A stretch of 62,738 bases of DNA from Chrysochromulina tobinii (lineage: Eukaryota). The stretch lies in the NCBI GenBank assembly GCA_001275005.1, contig JWZX01003380.1, forward strand, positions 1 through 62,738, written 5' to 3'. Every line of letters begins with the position of its first letter. Within the stretch, counting starts at the first letter, position 1. The notes beneath the pieces were generated by a model that saw only the letters and a program-made list of their open reading frames with translations, made no database searches and was not told the origin of the DNA. Position numbers and translations under genes: made by a program. Positions 21,556-33,735 of the stretch are shown here, one piece after another.

Positions 21556-24500
21556 CTATTTTGCAGGCTTCCCCTCGGCGGGCTTCCCCTCGGCGGGCTT
21601 CCCCTCGGCGGGCTTCCCCTCGGCGGGCTTCGCCTCGGCAGATGCCTCAGCAGGTTTGGTCTCCTCGCTCGACTTCTTGCCCTTGGGGCCAAAGGGGCGA
21701 TACAGGTGCACCTGGCACTCGACGATCTTTCCTTGCATGTCGGTGCCGTCGGGCAGGCGCAGGTACTCGGTGGCCTCCTTGCGTTGCTCGAGGTACACGC
21801 CGGGCGGGTAGACGCACTCGGCGTCATCGGGCGTGGGTGACAGGAAGCTCAAGTCGCATGGCACAGCCGCCTCGCTCGGGTGCAGCTTGAAGAGTACAAT
21901 TGGGATCTCGGACGGGTCCACCTTTTTCTTCCCCCTGTCGCCGTGAAAGTTGTAGAGGGTCAGGTACTCGGCCTCCTCCCCGTTGGGCATTTCTTCGGGA
22001 TCATACTTGCCCACGACGGCGCACACCACCTCCCTGGCCTTGCGGTCGGCTACGGCACGCTCGAGCGCTTGCTGCTGCGCCACCTCACGCGACTTCGACA
22101 TGGACATGAAGGCCAACTCGGATCCACCGCGAAGCTTGAAATCGATCGTGGTCAGGTTGCTCACGCCGCGCCAAAAGACATCCACCTTGAGCGCGGCCGC
22201 CGCAGCCGCCGCATCTTTGGCGAGCGTCGCCGCCTTGAGCGCGAGATCAGCGTCGTCGCTGTCCTTGGCGCGCTTCGCGTCCTCGGCCATGGCGGCTGCC
22301 TTTGCATTCGCAGTTCGCCGCTGCTCGACCTGCGCGTTGCGCAGCTTGCCGAGGGCGTCGCTCAGAAGGAGGACAGTCGACGGGTACCAGTGCGGCTTCT
22401 CAGAGGAGCACCCGTTGTACAGCGGCGCATTGATCCGCCGGTAGACGCTGCTCGCATACAGGCGCAAAGCGAGCACATGGGCACGCGACAGCCCCGCTGC
22501 CACGATGACGGGCCGTTTCAAGAACCAATCCAGCGAAGAGTCCGCACGGCCCGCGTCGATCCCACGTTCCTTGGCTTGCCTCTGGAGCTTGATTCTCTCG
22601 TTAGCCATCTTTGCGGCTTCTGAGTTCTCCTCGCCGTTTGTCTCGGCCTTCCGTTGGACGGCTTCCTTGGCGGACGGCGCGGTGATGTACAGAAGCCATT
22701 CGAGGTCCGTCCAGCCGCCCTTGCCGCCATCGGGCGCGTCTGTGGGCGACTTATCGCCCAGCTCGCGTGCCTTGGCAGTGATCTCGTCGACGATCGACTG
22801 TTCCGTCAGCGACTTCAGATACTCGATGTCTTCTTTGTCTTCGGTCTGGGAGGTCTTGAGACCGAGCTGCTTATAGAGCGACGCCTGGGACTCGAGTGGA
22901 CGGCCAAGCCGCATCTTGTCGCTGGTCACCTTGAGGTCTTTGATCCCGTAATTCTCCCATTTGGCGATCACGGGCGTATTGAGGGGCATTCCCAAGTACC
23001 GTCCCAAGTTGAGTGGCAGCAGCTGTGGCGCCTTATTCAGCTCGATCACCTCTGAGCACTTGTCGCAAGTGAGCTTCTTGGACGACGTTTCGTCTACCGA
23101 GTACCAGGACGCCTCATCCAACTTGAGGCGCGTGCAGCCCGGACAGCAGAAGGACGCCTGCCCGTGGGCCTTGAGGCCCGGCACGTCCGCGATGGCCGAC
23201 GCAGCGAGACCTTGCAGCCGCTTCATGAAGGCGAATGTGGGCGCTCGTGACTTTTTCCACGCGATCGCTGAGATGCTCAATTCATACTTGGTCTCCTTGC
23301 CTTCGTCGTCAGGACCTTTCGCCTTCGGGCGCAGCTCAAGCAGCACATGACGCACGTGCATGCTCGACTCGAACTTCTCGTCTACCTCAATGTGCACGCC
23401 TCGCCGCCATGCCCTCTTGAACATGCCGATGCCGTAGCACAGCGCGACGAAGCGCTCGAAGACGCCCGGCGGCCGTGTGGGCCCGAGATTGATGCTCATT
23501 TTCAGAGTCTCGGTCGCCGGCTCGAGCAGTCCTTCGTTCCATAGGTCGTATCCGTTCTCGGGCATCTCGACTGGGAGGCGCATCGGCATGAGCCATTTTC
23601 GTCCACTGGACGTATTCTCCGCGAGCCAAAAGAGACCGGCCGAGCAGAGCAGCCGCAAAATGACGCCGTACTCGTCGCGCTTGAGGAAGGTGGATTCCCG
23701 ACATGCACGGGAGCAACTCCTCGTGTAGCAGACCCTTCTTGCTGAACTCATCCGAGGCGATCGTCGTGATACTGCGCTCCGCATCTGGCACCGATAGGCC
23801 CGTATAGAGCGCGCGCAGTGCGTCCTGTGTCGCGTACTCGCGCGTTTGCCACAGCCGGTTGCCCACGCGTGAGTCGCAGAGCGGCTTGACGAAGCGCGAG
23901 ATCGCGTCGGGCTGCAGGTAGACGATACCGCTCGGGGCGAAGCAGCACTCACCCTGATTCGTGAGCAGCGTGATCGCGTCGGTGAGAGCGGAGGCCGCAT
24001 CGGACTGTAGCTGGATCTTGAGCGCGGGCACAAATTCCTCAGCGTAGATGCGAACGAGCTCTTCTTTCTCCATATAAGCGCGGACAGGCTTCAGGTCGGT
24101 GGACATGGTCGACGGGATGTAGCCGAGGTCGGTTGCGCGGGCGGAGTCGATGGGATCGCGCCCATCTCGCAGGGCACGCAAGAAGACAGTTGTGAGCACC
24201 ATCGTGCGGTTGATTGGCCTGTTGAGACCCGGAACCAGAGGCGGTTCCGTGAAGAGGATCCCCTCAATGCGCTTCTTGACCTCCTCGACGGTTGAGGTGT
24301 AGTCGGTGACAGCGCTCACGCAGAGGACGTCCATCTGGATTCGAAGCATCAAGCTGCCTGGCAACTGCTTCGACTGGAACTGCTGCAGTTTGCCCTTGAG
24401 CCACGCTACGTGCGCTTGCGCCGCGTTGGCGATCGCGGTTGGGACGTATCCTTGGAATGGTGGATGGTGTCGCACTTGGTGATGATCGGGAGCACAATCG

Positions 24501-27500
24501 CCTGCGGTGCGGCCATCTGAATCTCCGAGAGCCAACGGCCAACGTGCTTCTCGTACTCAATGTCCATCATCCGTGTGTCACCCGCTGCCACGGTGAGTAC
24601 AAAGATCGAACCATCGGCGTAGTGGGGAGCGAGCCGCGCGTCGAACGGGACCGAACCAGCCATGTCCCAAATGGAGAGCCACACCTGCTTGGTCGGGTTG
24701 CTCTCGGGACCAATGACCATCGCATTGATGTCCATGTCATTCGTGGGCTCGTAGTTCGGTGACGGCGGCTGCACGATGCCGGCACGCAGCGCGCGTTCGA
24801 GCGTCGTCTTGCCGCTGCGCTCAGCGCCGAGGAGTATGAGACGCGCACCGTGCGCACAAATATCGAAGGTCATCGTAATCTCCTGGAAGTACTTTCGGAT
24901 TCCAGGTAGGCCGAGGCGCGCGACCGACGCGGGCGGGCGGGCGAGCGGATTCTCTTTGAGCTCGAGCTTTTCGATGGCATGCAAGTCGCATATGGACGGA
25001 TGCAGCGTCTGGATGAGGTTCTCGGACGCGTCGAGCTGCTTGAGCAATCGCAGCTTGGCGAGGGATGTCGGCAAAAACGTCAGCTGGTTCGATCTCAGGT
25101 CGATCTTCTCGATATTCTCGAGCTCACCAACGGCCGGGTTGAGCTCCCTGAGCTGGTTGCCGTTCAACGTGAGCGACTTGAGGCCGCGTATCAATTGGAT
25201 GTCGGCCGGGATGAAGCTGAGCTTATTGTTCGAGGCGGAGAAGAACTTCATCGAGAGCAGCCGGCCGATTGAGGTCAGATCACGCAGGAAATCCTTATCC
25301 ATCGTGAGCTTCTCAAGTGCCGAGAGCTGCGAGACGGCTGCCCACAGCTCGGTAAGCTGCTCGGGCGGGAACTCGACCATCTTGGCCGCCGTCGCGCCCC
25401 CCTTGCTCTTGTCTTTGGCCGCCTTGCCCTTATCTTTGCCCCCCTCGACGATGACGATGTTGGTGATGTCGAGCGACTTCAATGAGCGCGAGAGCTGCTT
25501 CACGACGATCGTTGCACCGGTAGGCGTCAGCTCGTTTGAGTGAAGAACCAGCTCGTTGATGTACGTGTTGCCGCGCAGCAGTGTGCCCATGAAGATGGAC
25601 GAGACGAACGAGAGCGACTTGCGGGACAGATCGAGCAAGCGCACCTTTTGTTTCTGCCCGTCTCCCTTGAGCTGGAAGACGGGCAGCTTGCCTCCCTCGA
25701 GCGTGATCGCATCCAGTGACTGGGACGCATTGATGGCGTCTGCGAGCGCGTTCAGGCCGGTGATCGGGTACGGCTTCTCGCCTGTGTAGTTGGAGACGGT
25801 CGAGATCGGGTTGTTCGAAAGGTCGAGCGACTTGAGCGTCGTGTTGTTCTGCAGCGCCGTAGCGAGCACTGTGGCCGCGTCGCACTCGATGCCTCGGCCC
25901 GAGAGGTTGAGGTCCTTGATGAGGTTGTTCCACTTGAACACGCCGCACAGAAGCCGCGTCTCCCCCGGCCCGAGGGTTTCCTTTCGGATCTTGAGCTCGG
26001 TCTCGCCGTCGTTGATTTCGAAGGCGTCGCACGAGATGTAGCGCAAGTGACAGGGGCACTCGGGAAGGAGCAGCAGTACGCCGATGTTGCCCAGGCCTTC
26101 GTCCTCTATCGGGCATTTGCGGATGTCCAGGTTAGTTAGCGACCGGTTGTACTTGATGGCCTGGCAGACCACCCCCGCGCCGATCTGGTTGTCGTGGATG
26201 TCCAGCGTCGAAATGTTACAAAGCTCGGAACGGAACGTGTCAACGAGTAGCTGGCCCGACGGCCATGTCGGTCAGCGCATTCGAGCCGAGATGGATCGTC
26301 TTGAGGAAGCCGCACTTGCCCGCGAGGAGCGTCTCAAAGATGCGGGAGCCGCCGCGCTCAGCCAAGCCAATGCCCGTCAGATCGAGCGTGGCGAGTGACG
26401 ATCTTCGCGCGCGGTGGATGTGCTCAAGGATGGAGCCGCCCTCAGAACCGCCCCCTGGGTTAATCTTGAGCCGCGAGATCGTGCTGTTGGCCGCGAGGAT
26501 GGCGCCCACGACGCCGCACGCGTGCCGGTGTATCGGCTGCGAGCCGTCCACCTTATCGCCGCCCGCAAGCGACAGGTCGATTTCGGCTTGCTTGAGTGCG
26601 CCGTTGAGCTGCTGCACGGGCAGGGTGGCGATCTGCGTGTCAGCTGCTTTACTCGGCTGCTCGAGGCGCAGCGACTGCATCGTAGTGTTCGTCGCGAGCG
26701 CCTCGGCCAACACGTCAATGTACTCGGGCCCCAGGCCGGAGAGGGTGAGGCTTGTGATGGTCCGGTTTGCGCGCAGCAGCCCCGCGAAGAGAGAAAAGGA
26801 CCGCTTCGTGCGGATGACGTCCTTCTCCTTTAGGTCGATCGAAGGGTGCGCGGCTGGCCCGTTCTCCTTGAGCCCGTACGCGTCGCAGTAGCCCGTGCGC
26901 CCGTTAAGGTTCTTCACGAGTGCATTCCCGATTTCCTCGCGCTCGTAGTCGCCAATGTCGCCGTTCGAAATATTGAGCGTCTTGAGCGTTGAGTTGGAGC
27001 GTAGCACGCCGGCAAGCACGATGGCATCGCACGGCACCTTTGAAGTCCAATTCAGCGTCTCCGTGCTCGCAGTGAGCGAGAAGACGTCGCACTGCAGGAA
27101 CTGCACTGTCGGACTGGGCGCGTCGAGCAGCGCGCGCCCGATCGCCTCCTTGCCACGCGTGTCGAGCCACCAAGTACGCTCCGAGCGCGTCGTGGGCTCC
27201 TTCTCAACGACGCCGATCGATTTTAGGCACGGGTGCATCTGCAACATCTGCGGGAGCGCCAGCTCTCGCCCGGGCGAGTTGTAGCTCAGGTCCAGCTCCC
27301 GCATGGCTGTGCATGTGCGCAGCGCGGTGCACACGTGCTTTATACCCTCGGGCAGCAGGCGGTTGTTCGACACGTCGAGCATCGTGAGCGTCTTGTTCGC
27401 GCCGAGGCCACGCGCAAACGTGCGGATGTACTGCTTCAGCTCACCCAGAGAGTTACTACCGAGGTTGAGCGTCTGCAGTGCGGTGGATGTGAGGAGCATC

Positions 27501-30500
27501 CTCGACATGCCAATGGCGTCCTCGTGCTTGACGCCCACCCCGTTGTGCATCAGGTTGAGCTTCTGGAGCGACTCGTTCTGCTCGCAGATGAGCCAGAGCG
27601 CCTGCAATCCGGGCTCTGAGAGCCGCGTCCGCTTCTCGGAAAAGTCCCAAATCGGCCTCCGCTTGGCGCATAGCGTGCCCAGGTAACCCGCGGCGATGCG
27701 GCAGGTGTTGTTCATGAACGGGTTGTTGAGGAACTCGGAGGCGGTCAGGTCGGTCTCCCATCCCTCCCATCCCGCCTCTGCTCGTATGAGCAGGTGCTGC
27801 GCGAACAAGCCTTCCTGGAAGGAGAGGTGCTTGAACTGGTACTGCGCGGGCGCGAGCTCGGTCTGCGCCTCGAGCGTCTTCGTGAGCGGCAGTCCCCCCT
27901 CCTCTTTATTGAGGTGCAGCCAAAGCGTCAGGCCCTCGGTATTGACATTGTCAATCAACAGCGCTTGCGCCACGTGGATCGCCGAGAACTCGCGCCGGCC
28001 AGCGAGCTGATTGGACACGGCCACGTGGCGGAGCATCGTGAGCCCAAATGTTCGCGCGCGGTCGCCGAGGAGCATCTTTAGGTTCGCATTGACGAGCATC
28101 ATCACGGTATCGACGAGCTTCTTGGGCATCGCGAGCTCGATGCGGTTGAGCTCGGTGCGCTGCACCTCGGGCTTGGCCGCCTCGCGAAGATAATGCGCGC
28201 CGAGGCGAAAGACATCGTACACTTCCTTGGAGTCGAGATTGAGCAGTTTCTTGTTATCCTTCTGGTTCGAGGTCTCTGGTGAGATCTTCTTCTTCGCCTC
28301 CTTTTCGGCGTTGGCCTCCGTTGCCATGGCGGCCGCGTCGAAGTTGTGCTCCTGGCTGAGTGCTGCCTTGCGCGTGGGCCGGTGCTCGCGCTCCTTTTTC
28401 TCGGTCGTGGCGGTGATGCCCTCAACGACGGTGTTCATCATCGACGAGCGGTCGAGGTTGAAAAGGCGCAGCCAGCCGTGGATGAGGGAATCAGTCGAGG
28501 TGCGGCCCCCAGGGAGCAGTCGCTTTGCAATAGTCGACTGGATGCCGAGCTCATAGAGCTCGATGCGGTTCGATGGGAGCTTGGTCAAGTCCTCGCCACC
28601 GGCGGTGAAGATGAGCACGAGCAGCGAGAGCAGCACCGGCACGCCGGTCGCGTCCACGAGGAAGATGAGCTTCTCCTCGAGCAGCGTATCGAGCTCCTTC
28701 TCGGGCACCGTGCCCTTGAGCTTCTTGCGGAAGAAGTTGTAGTGCTTGTACGCCTTCGAGTCCTCTGCGTTACCAACCAGGAAGATCTCGTTGTAGTGCA
28801 CCTCGATCGCGCCAAAGATGCTCGTCGTGCCCGTGGTCATCTTGATCGAGCAAGTCGCCGAGCGGAAGTGCGTTGGATCGAGCTCCTCAAACTTGTTCTG
28901 CAGGTGCATCAGCTGCACCTTCATGGCCACCGGCGGCAGCGCCTCGCCTCGCTGCCTCATCTCCTCTCGCGCGACCTCCTTCGCGGCCTGATCGGCGCGC
29001 TGGCTCGGCTTCACAGGCGCGAGCTCCCCTTCGTAAATGTCGATGCCCGTGCTCAGCCGGGTGACGAAATCCTTGATCTGCGTACCCGTCAGCAGCAGCA
29101 CGCGGCAGCGTGTCACGTCCTCGACACACGCCTCAGCGAGTCCATCAGCCTTCCCTTGGGCGTCCTTGAAGCGGTCCGCGTACAGCTCGCGCGCCTTGTC
29201 GTATAGGGTCGCCGGGTCCAGCATGTCGAAGAACGTGATGCCCTTGCCGAGTGGGTTCAGATCGTCATCGTCGCGCGCCATCTCAAGGACAATCTTCTTG
29301 ACCATGTCCGCCCACGGCTCCTGCATGCTCTCATGGACGCAGTAGATTTCGTCCGTGTTCGCCACGACGTTCTCCCACACGCCCACAGCCGTGGCCAGCA
29401 GGACGACCCTTTCCTTGGACGCCTTGCCCTTGGCCTTGTCCAGCTCGAGCTGGGTGTTGTACTCCTTTCTCTCCTTCTGCAAGATCACGCCCAGCTTGAT
29501 GGCCACCTTCTGGAACGTCTGTGGCACAGCCGTTGGAGTCAGCATATCCTCAAGCACCCTGTCGGCTAAGTCGCCCTCGGTATCGGCCTCTCCATCAATA
29601 GGATAGTTTTTGATGACCGTGTCGATCCGGTCCAGCAGCGCGATCTTGCACGCATTATCTGTGGACTTGAGCTTCTGGTCGATCGACCTAAGCATCTGCG
29701 AAGCCATGCGCTGCGTCACAGCCACGATGCGTGAGCCGTCGGCTATCTTCTGGCGTTGCTCGGGGTCGTATTGAGGCACTCGACCATCGGCGGATCCGCG
29801 CTTGTGGAAAAGGTCCTCCGACCAGAGCGCCTCTAGCTCGCTGCGCATGTTCGCGCTGATCTTCTTGTACGCGTCGTCGAGGTTCTTGCGCACCTCGCCA
29901 AGCGAGAGCAGATGGTCGAAGAAGACGTTGCCCTCCATCTGGATGTTGATCACGCGCCGCTGCTGCTCGTTGGTGAGCGTGCATAGGTTCATCACCACGA
30001 GGGTCTTCGCGTACGTCTCGAGTCGGACTCCCTCAGGACGAGAGGTGACGAGCACGCGGTTGCCACTCGGCACGACCTCCTTGTGCACAAAGTGTTCCAC
30101 GTGGTCGCGCAAGCCGGCGGCCTCGTCGACGCCGTCGAGGAGCACCACGAGCGCACGCATGTCGTACGCCTGCATGAGCATCGTGCACCATGCTTCCATC
30201 TTCTTACCACTGTAGACGGACGCGATGTAACGTTCGAGGAGCGATTTCGACTTGGGCGGTGTCTCACCAGCAGCTGGGACTGCCGCCGCTGAGCCGCCCT
30301 TGGTAGATTTGTTCTGGTCCATGGTCTCGCGCAGCAGGTAGATGATGCGCTGCACGAAGACGACGATCGGCACGAGACGGATGCCGTCACTCGGGCCCGT
30401 GCCGCGCAGCAGACGATCGGCGAGCGTGAAGACCGCCTGCTTCGCCATCCACGTCTTGCCGGTGCCCGGCCCGGCGCGCACCAGCACGGGCTGCGTCGAG

Positions 30501-32680
30501 TGGCATCCGTTGACGCGGTTGGGTGAGGGGATGAGAAGGAGCCGCACCAGATCGAGCACATTCTCAATCTTCCATTCGGGCGGCAACGGGCGACAGTTGT
30601 CCTGCGGGTCCGTCGCAGTCGAAATGTGCAGCGTCTGGTCCTTGATGCGCAGGTTGTTGCCCGTGATCGCATCCTCGACGAGGGCCTCGCGCACCACAAT
30701 GTCCTCGAGGTAATTGGCACGGGCCGCCTCGTACTCAGCCACAGAGGGAAAGCGCTGCACCGAGTGGTTGAACTCATTGAGCGCGCACGTGATGACGGTC
30801 GCGCTCTGGCCGGGGATTGTGGCAATGTACCCACGCACGCCCTGGTCCTCCGTCTCACGGCTTTCAAGGAGCTTCATGGCGACGAGCTTCGTGATCTTCC
30901 CGATCTTCTCGGAGTTGTTCGCGTCGCATCCAGAGGTCATCTGGAGTTCCTTCCTCCTCGTCAGGTGCCAAACCTTATCAGCTTCGGCCCTGCCACGGTT
31001 CTCCTCGTCGTCATCGCACTCGACGTTGACATCCCCATTCTTGTTGATGAGCGTAATCCAGCCCGACATGTGCTTGCCATTCACCTTGAGCTCGTGGCGC
31101 GAGCCCTCTTTCACTTCTATCACCGGAGTAGGCCATGGCTCCACCACAGCGTCGACGCAACTACCCTCGTGCACCAAGAGTAGCCGAGTGCCCGGGGGAT
31201 GGCGCGGGTTGGTGGCGGTGACCACCGTGAATGGGGTCGGGTCGACGGTCAGCTCACCTTCCGCTCCGTCGCGCCGCAAGACGACGGTATCATCTCGCAG
31301 CGTTCGCTGCACCGTCGCAGCGGTGCCCTCGGTTGCGCCGGGCTTGCGCACCGCCAGACGCGCGCCCTCACCGCAGCCGTACGCGAGCCACGGATTCACG
31401 CGCAGGATGGCCACGTGGGCCTCGTTACGGGCGCTGTCACGCCAGTCGAGGCGGACCTCGAGGCTCCCATCCGCCTGCAGCCCGTCATGCACCAGTCCGT
31501 GCTCGGCGCCCACGTACCAGTCGTTGTTGAAGCCCACACGATCCTCGATAGGCGTACCCTTTTCCGGCGAGATCTTGACACGACCAAGCACCTTGCCCGA
31601 GGTGAGCGAGCGCAGGTCGCTCGTCTCCGCATCGGGCAAGGTCGAAACTGCGCGCCGGCACGGGGGAAAGGGTCAGTCAGTCAGCCAGTCAGCGGCAGCG
31701 CCGCCGGTCGCAGCAGTCGGCGGTGGCAAGCACGGCAACAGAAATGTCGCGTTCGGCGGAGGCAGCGCGCACTATCGCCGTATGAAAGCTCGAAGGAGGA
31801 CTCGAATGGGTTGAACATGATCACGACGCAGGCGGGAGGGATCCGATCATGACGAGAGGGTGCCAGCTCGTCTACGCGACCGAAGGGTGGTTTCGACTCG
31901 TTGCGCAAGAACGCGACCTCCTGCACTGCCGGACCGCACCTTTGGATCAGAGCGTCTCGCAGCTTGGGATCAAGAGGCTTTCGGTTCCTGCGGCAGTGGC
32001 GGACGGCAGACTGAGCGGCACCAACGCAGGAGTAGCAGCAGAAGCGACGGCAGCAGCGGGAGTGGCGGCAGCGGCGGCAGCGGCAGCAGCGGCAGCAGCG
32101 GAGGTAGCGACGGCAGCAGCGGCAGCAGCGGCGGCAGCGACGACACCAGCGGTGGCAGCGACGACACCAGCGGTGGCAGCGATGGCAGCGAGGCGGTTGC
32201 TGCATACATGAGCTCTTCCGTCAGTAACTCAACCTTCTTCTTGTTGTTGCCGTCGAACGAGTCAGCAGCCTTCTTGGGCGGTCCGCTGGACGATGAGCCG
32301 GCGCCAGTGGGCAAGGGTGCACCAGCGAGCGGCGCACCCTTGCCTTGAGCCGCCACTGGAGGTGCAGCTGAAGGAGGCGTAACCTTGGCTGGAGGAGGCG
32401 TTGCCTTGGCTGGACCTGCGCCCTTCGGGGTCGGTACTTTTTCGGGTTTTTCGCTGCCTCCTCCTCCTCCGCCCTTGGGTTCCAATTTGACCTTCTTGAC
32501 CTTTTCGCCACTCGCGTTGGCTGACGAGGCTGCCGCGTTGGCTGCAGCTGCTGACTCGGGCTTTCCTGAGGTTCGTGGAGTCTGCTTGGGCGCGGCGCGT
32601 GGCGTGGGGTTGGTGCTCCCCTTGTTGGAACTGCCATCCTTTGCGGTGTCCTTCGGGGGTGGCGGCTTCTTGGGTGGCAT
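21556..32680 (-). CDS. Giant multidomain protein of about 3,590 aa: NACHT-type NTPase with inserted RelA/SpoT-like NTase fold, LRRs, Roc GTPase, COR, CxxC pair and ADP-ribosyltransferase
   Basis: Exons 32680-32208, 31987-31773 and 31647-21556, with GT-AG introns that keep the frame. Single-base frameshifts at about 26255, 24442 and 23699; the corrected length is 10779 nt (3593 codons including stop). Motifs: AGPGTGKT, LLDGVDE, VTSRP, VPVLL, FKHLSFQE; LRRs; GAERSGKTT, WDMAG, TKCD; ALRLY...INAPL, FWRG, FMSMS, DAECVYPP. Confidence 0.85.
21566..21640. repeat. 15-nt tandem repeat encoding C-terminal AEGKP repeats
   Basis: ggcttcccctcggcg repeated four times plus one variant unit. Confidence 0.9.
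31648..31772 (-). other. Spliceosomal intron 2 of the giant gene (125 nt)
   Basis: GTGCGC donor, ctgactgac branch-like motif and GCGCAG acceptor. Splicing joins A/TT to give YGDISTLPDAE. Confidence 0.8.
31988..32207 (-). other. Spliceosomal intron 1 of the giant gene (220 nt, low-complexity GCT/GCC repeats)
   Basis: GTATGC donor and CCGCAG acceptor. Splicing joins AT/G to give EELMNRKPLDP. Confidence 0.75.
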
Positions 32681-32889
32681 AGCGACAAAGCCCAAGGTCC
32701 AACACCACGCGATACGCAGAAAAGATCAAGGAACTTTGGCGAAAACCCAATTCTTTTCGACCAAAGAAACTTCGAAATGATGTGTCAAGTGTGTGCCGAC
32801 ATTGATCTCGGACAGACAGAGGTGTTCTCAATTCCTCATGGGATCAAGTTTTTGTTGTAATTGCTTTTTCATTTTGAGAATGAGGCGAC

Positions 32890-33735
32890 ATGCCCCTGGC
32901 TCACCTTGACCCAGACGCATCCCTCGCCGTCCTGGCATGGAATGTCCTGGAATGTTCCCTCAGCATCAACGCGCCTGTGTATGCAGCCCGTGCGACTCCG
33001 GCACAGCTCCGCGCACATGGCTCGCGTGCTGATGATGCCATTCTCCTCGATGAGGACATTGATCACGAAACGCCGGTAAAGCCGCGCTCCGAGCGCCCTC
33101 GCATCACAACGATCCTCAAAGCGAGGCTTCCAAGGGCCTCCGTCTTAGCGGACCTGCGGTCGCGAGGTGTCACGCTCGCTCAGGCATCGCCCGATGGAAA
33201 CTGTGCGCAGCGGAGTGCGCTCGCCAGCCTCGGCCGGCTCAGCCAGAGCGCAGCAACATCAAGTGACAGCGTCACCATGCGGTATCTCGCGCTGCAACGC
33301 GGGCGCGTCGTGAATAAACTCATCGGATCGAGCACGGCCCTGCCCAGTGATGGAAGCGGCTCAGCTATCAGCGTGCCGGAGCTGCTCAAGGCGCTCCGAG
33401 TGAGCTCGAGCGAGATTGAGCCCTTTCGGCGTCTCGGTCATTGGCTCGACAGCGATAGTGCCTTCATTGCCTTCCTCTGGGGTTTGGCCGACGATCTGTC
33501 GATACCCCTCGCGGTGCTGACGCGCGAGGCTGACGGTACCTTTGTCGACCCGCCGTGCGTCTACCGCCCGCAGCCGGGTGGGCGACATTGCCGTGCAAAT
33601 GCGGGCGCGTTCTCTTACGTGCCCTTCGACGATCTTCTAGGCTGGCTGGACCGCTCGGAAGTTTGGCCACCGTTTGCCCTTGTTGAGTTTGTGCCAGGCC
33701 ACTACTCGCCATTTGTGTTCGCCACAAAGAGGTAG
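32890..33735 (+). CDS. OTU-like cysteine protease (putative deubiquitinase)
   Basis: Catalytic-type motifs SPDGNCAQRS and FVPGHYSP in an uninterrupted 281-aa ORF. Confidence 0.65.
   Translation: MPLAHLDPDASLAVLAWNVLECSLSINAPVYAARATPAQLRAHGSRADDAILLDEDIDHETPVKPRSERPRITTILKARLPRASVLADLRSRGVTLAQASPDGNCAQRSALASLGRLSQSAATSSDSVTMRYLALQRGRVVNKLIGSSTALPSDGSGSAISVPELLKALRVSSSEIEPFRRLGHWLDSDSAFIAFLWGLADDLSIPLAVLTREADGTFVDPPCVYRPQPGGRHCRANAGAFSYVPFDDLLGWLDRSEVWPPFALVEFVPGHYSPFVFATKR

Noticed and set aside
3015..26257. Programmed ribosomal frameshifting as the explanation for the broken genes
   Set aside because: There is no shared slippery motif, directions are mixed, sites are biased to homopolymers and confined to one region. 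Sequencing error fits better.
31970..32207. Leu/Pro-rich C-terminus of ORF 31970-32695 as a membrane anchor of a separate small protein
   Set aside because: It is read-through into intron 1 of the giant gene; splicing joins exons 1-3 in frame.
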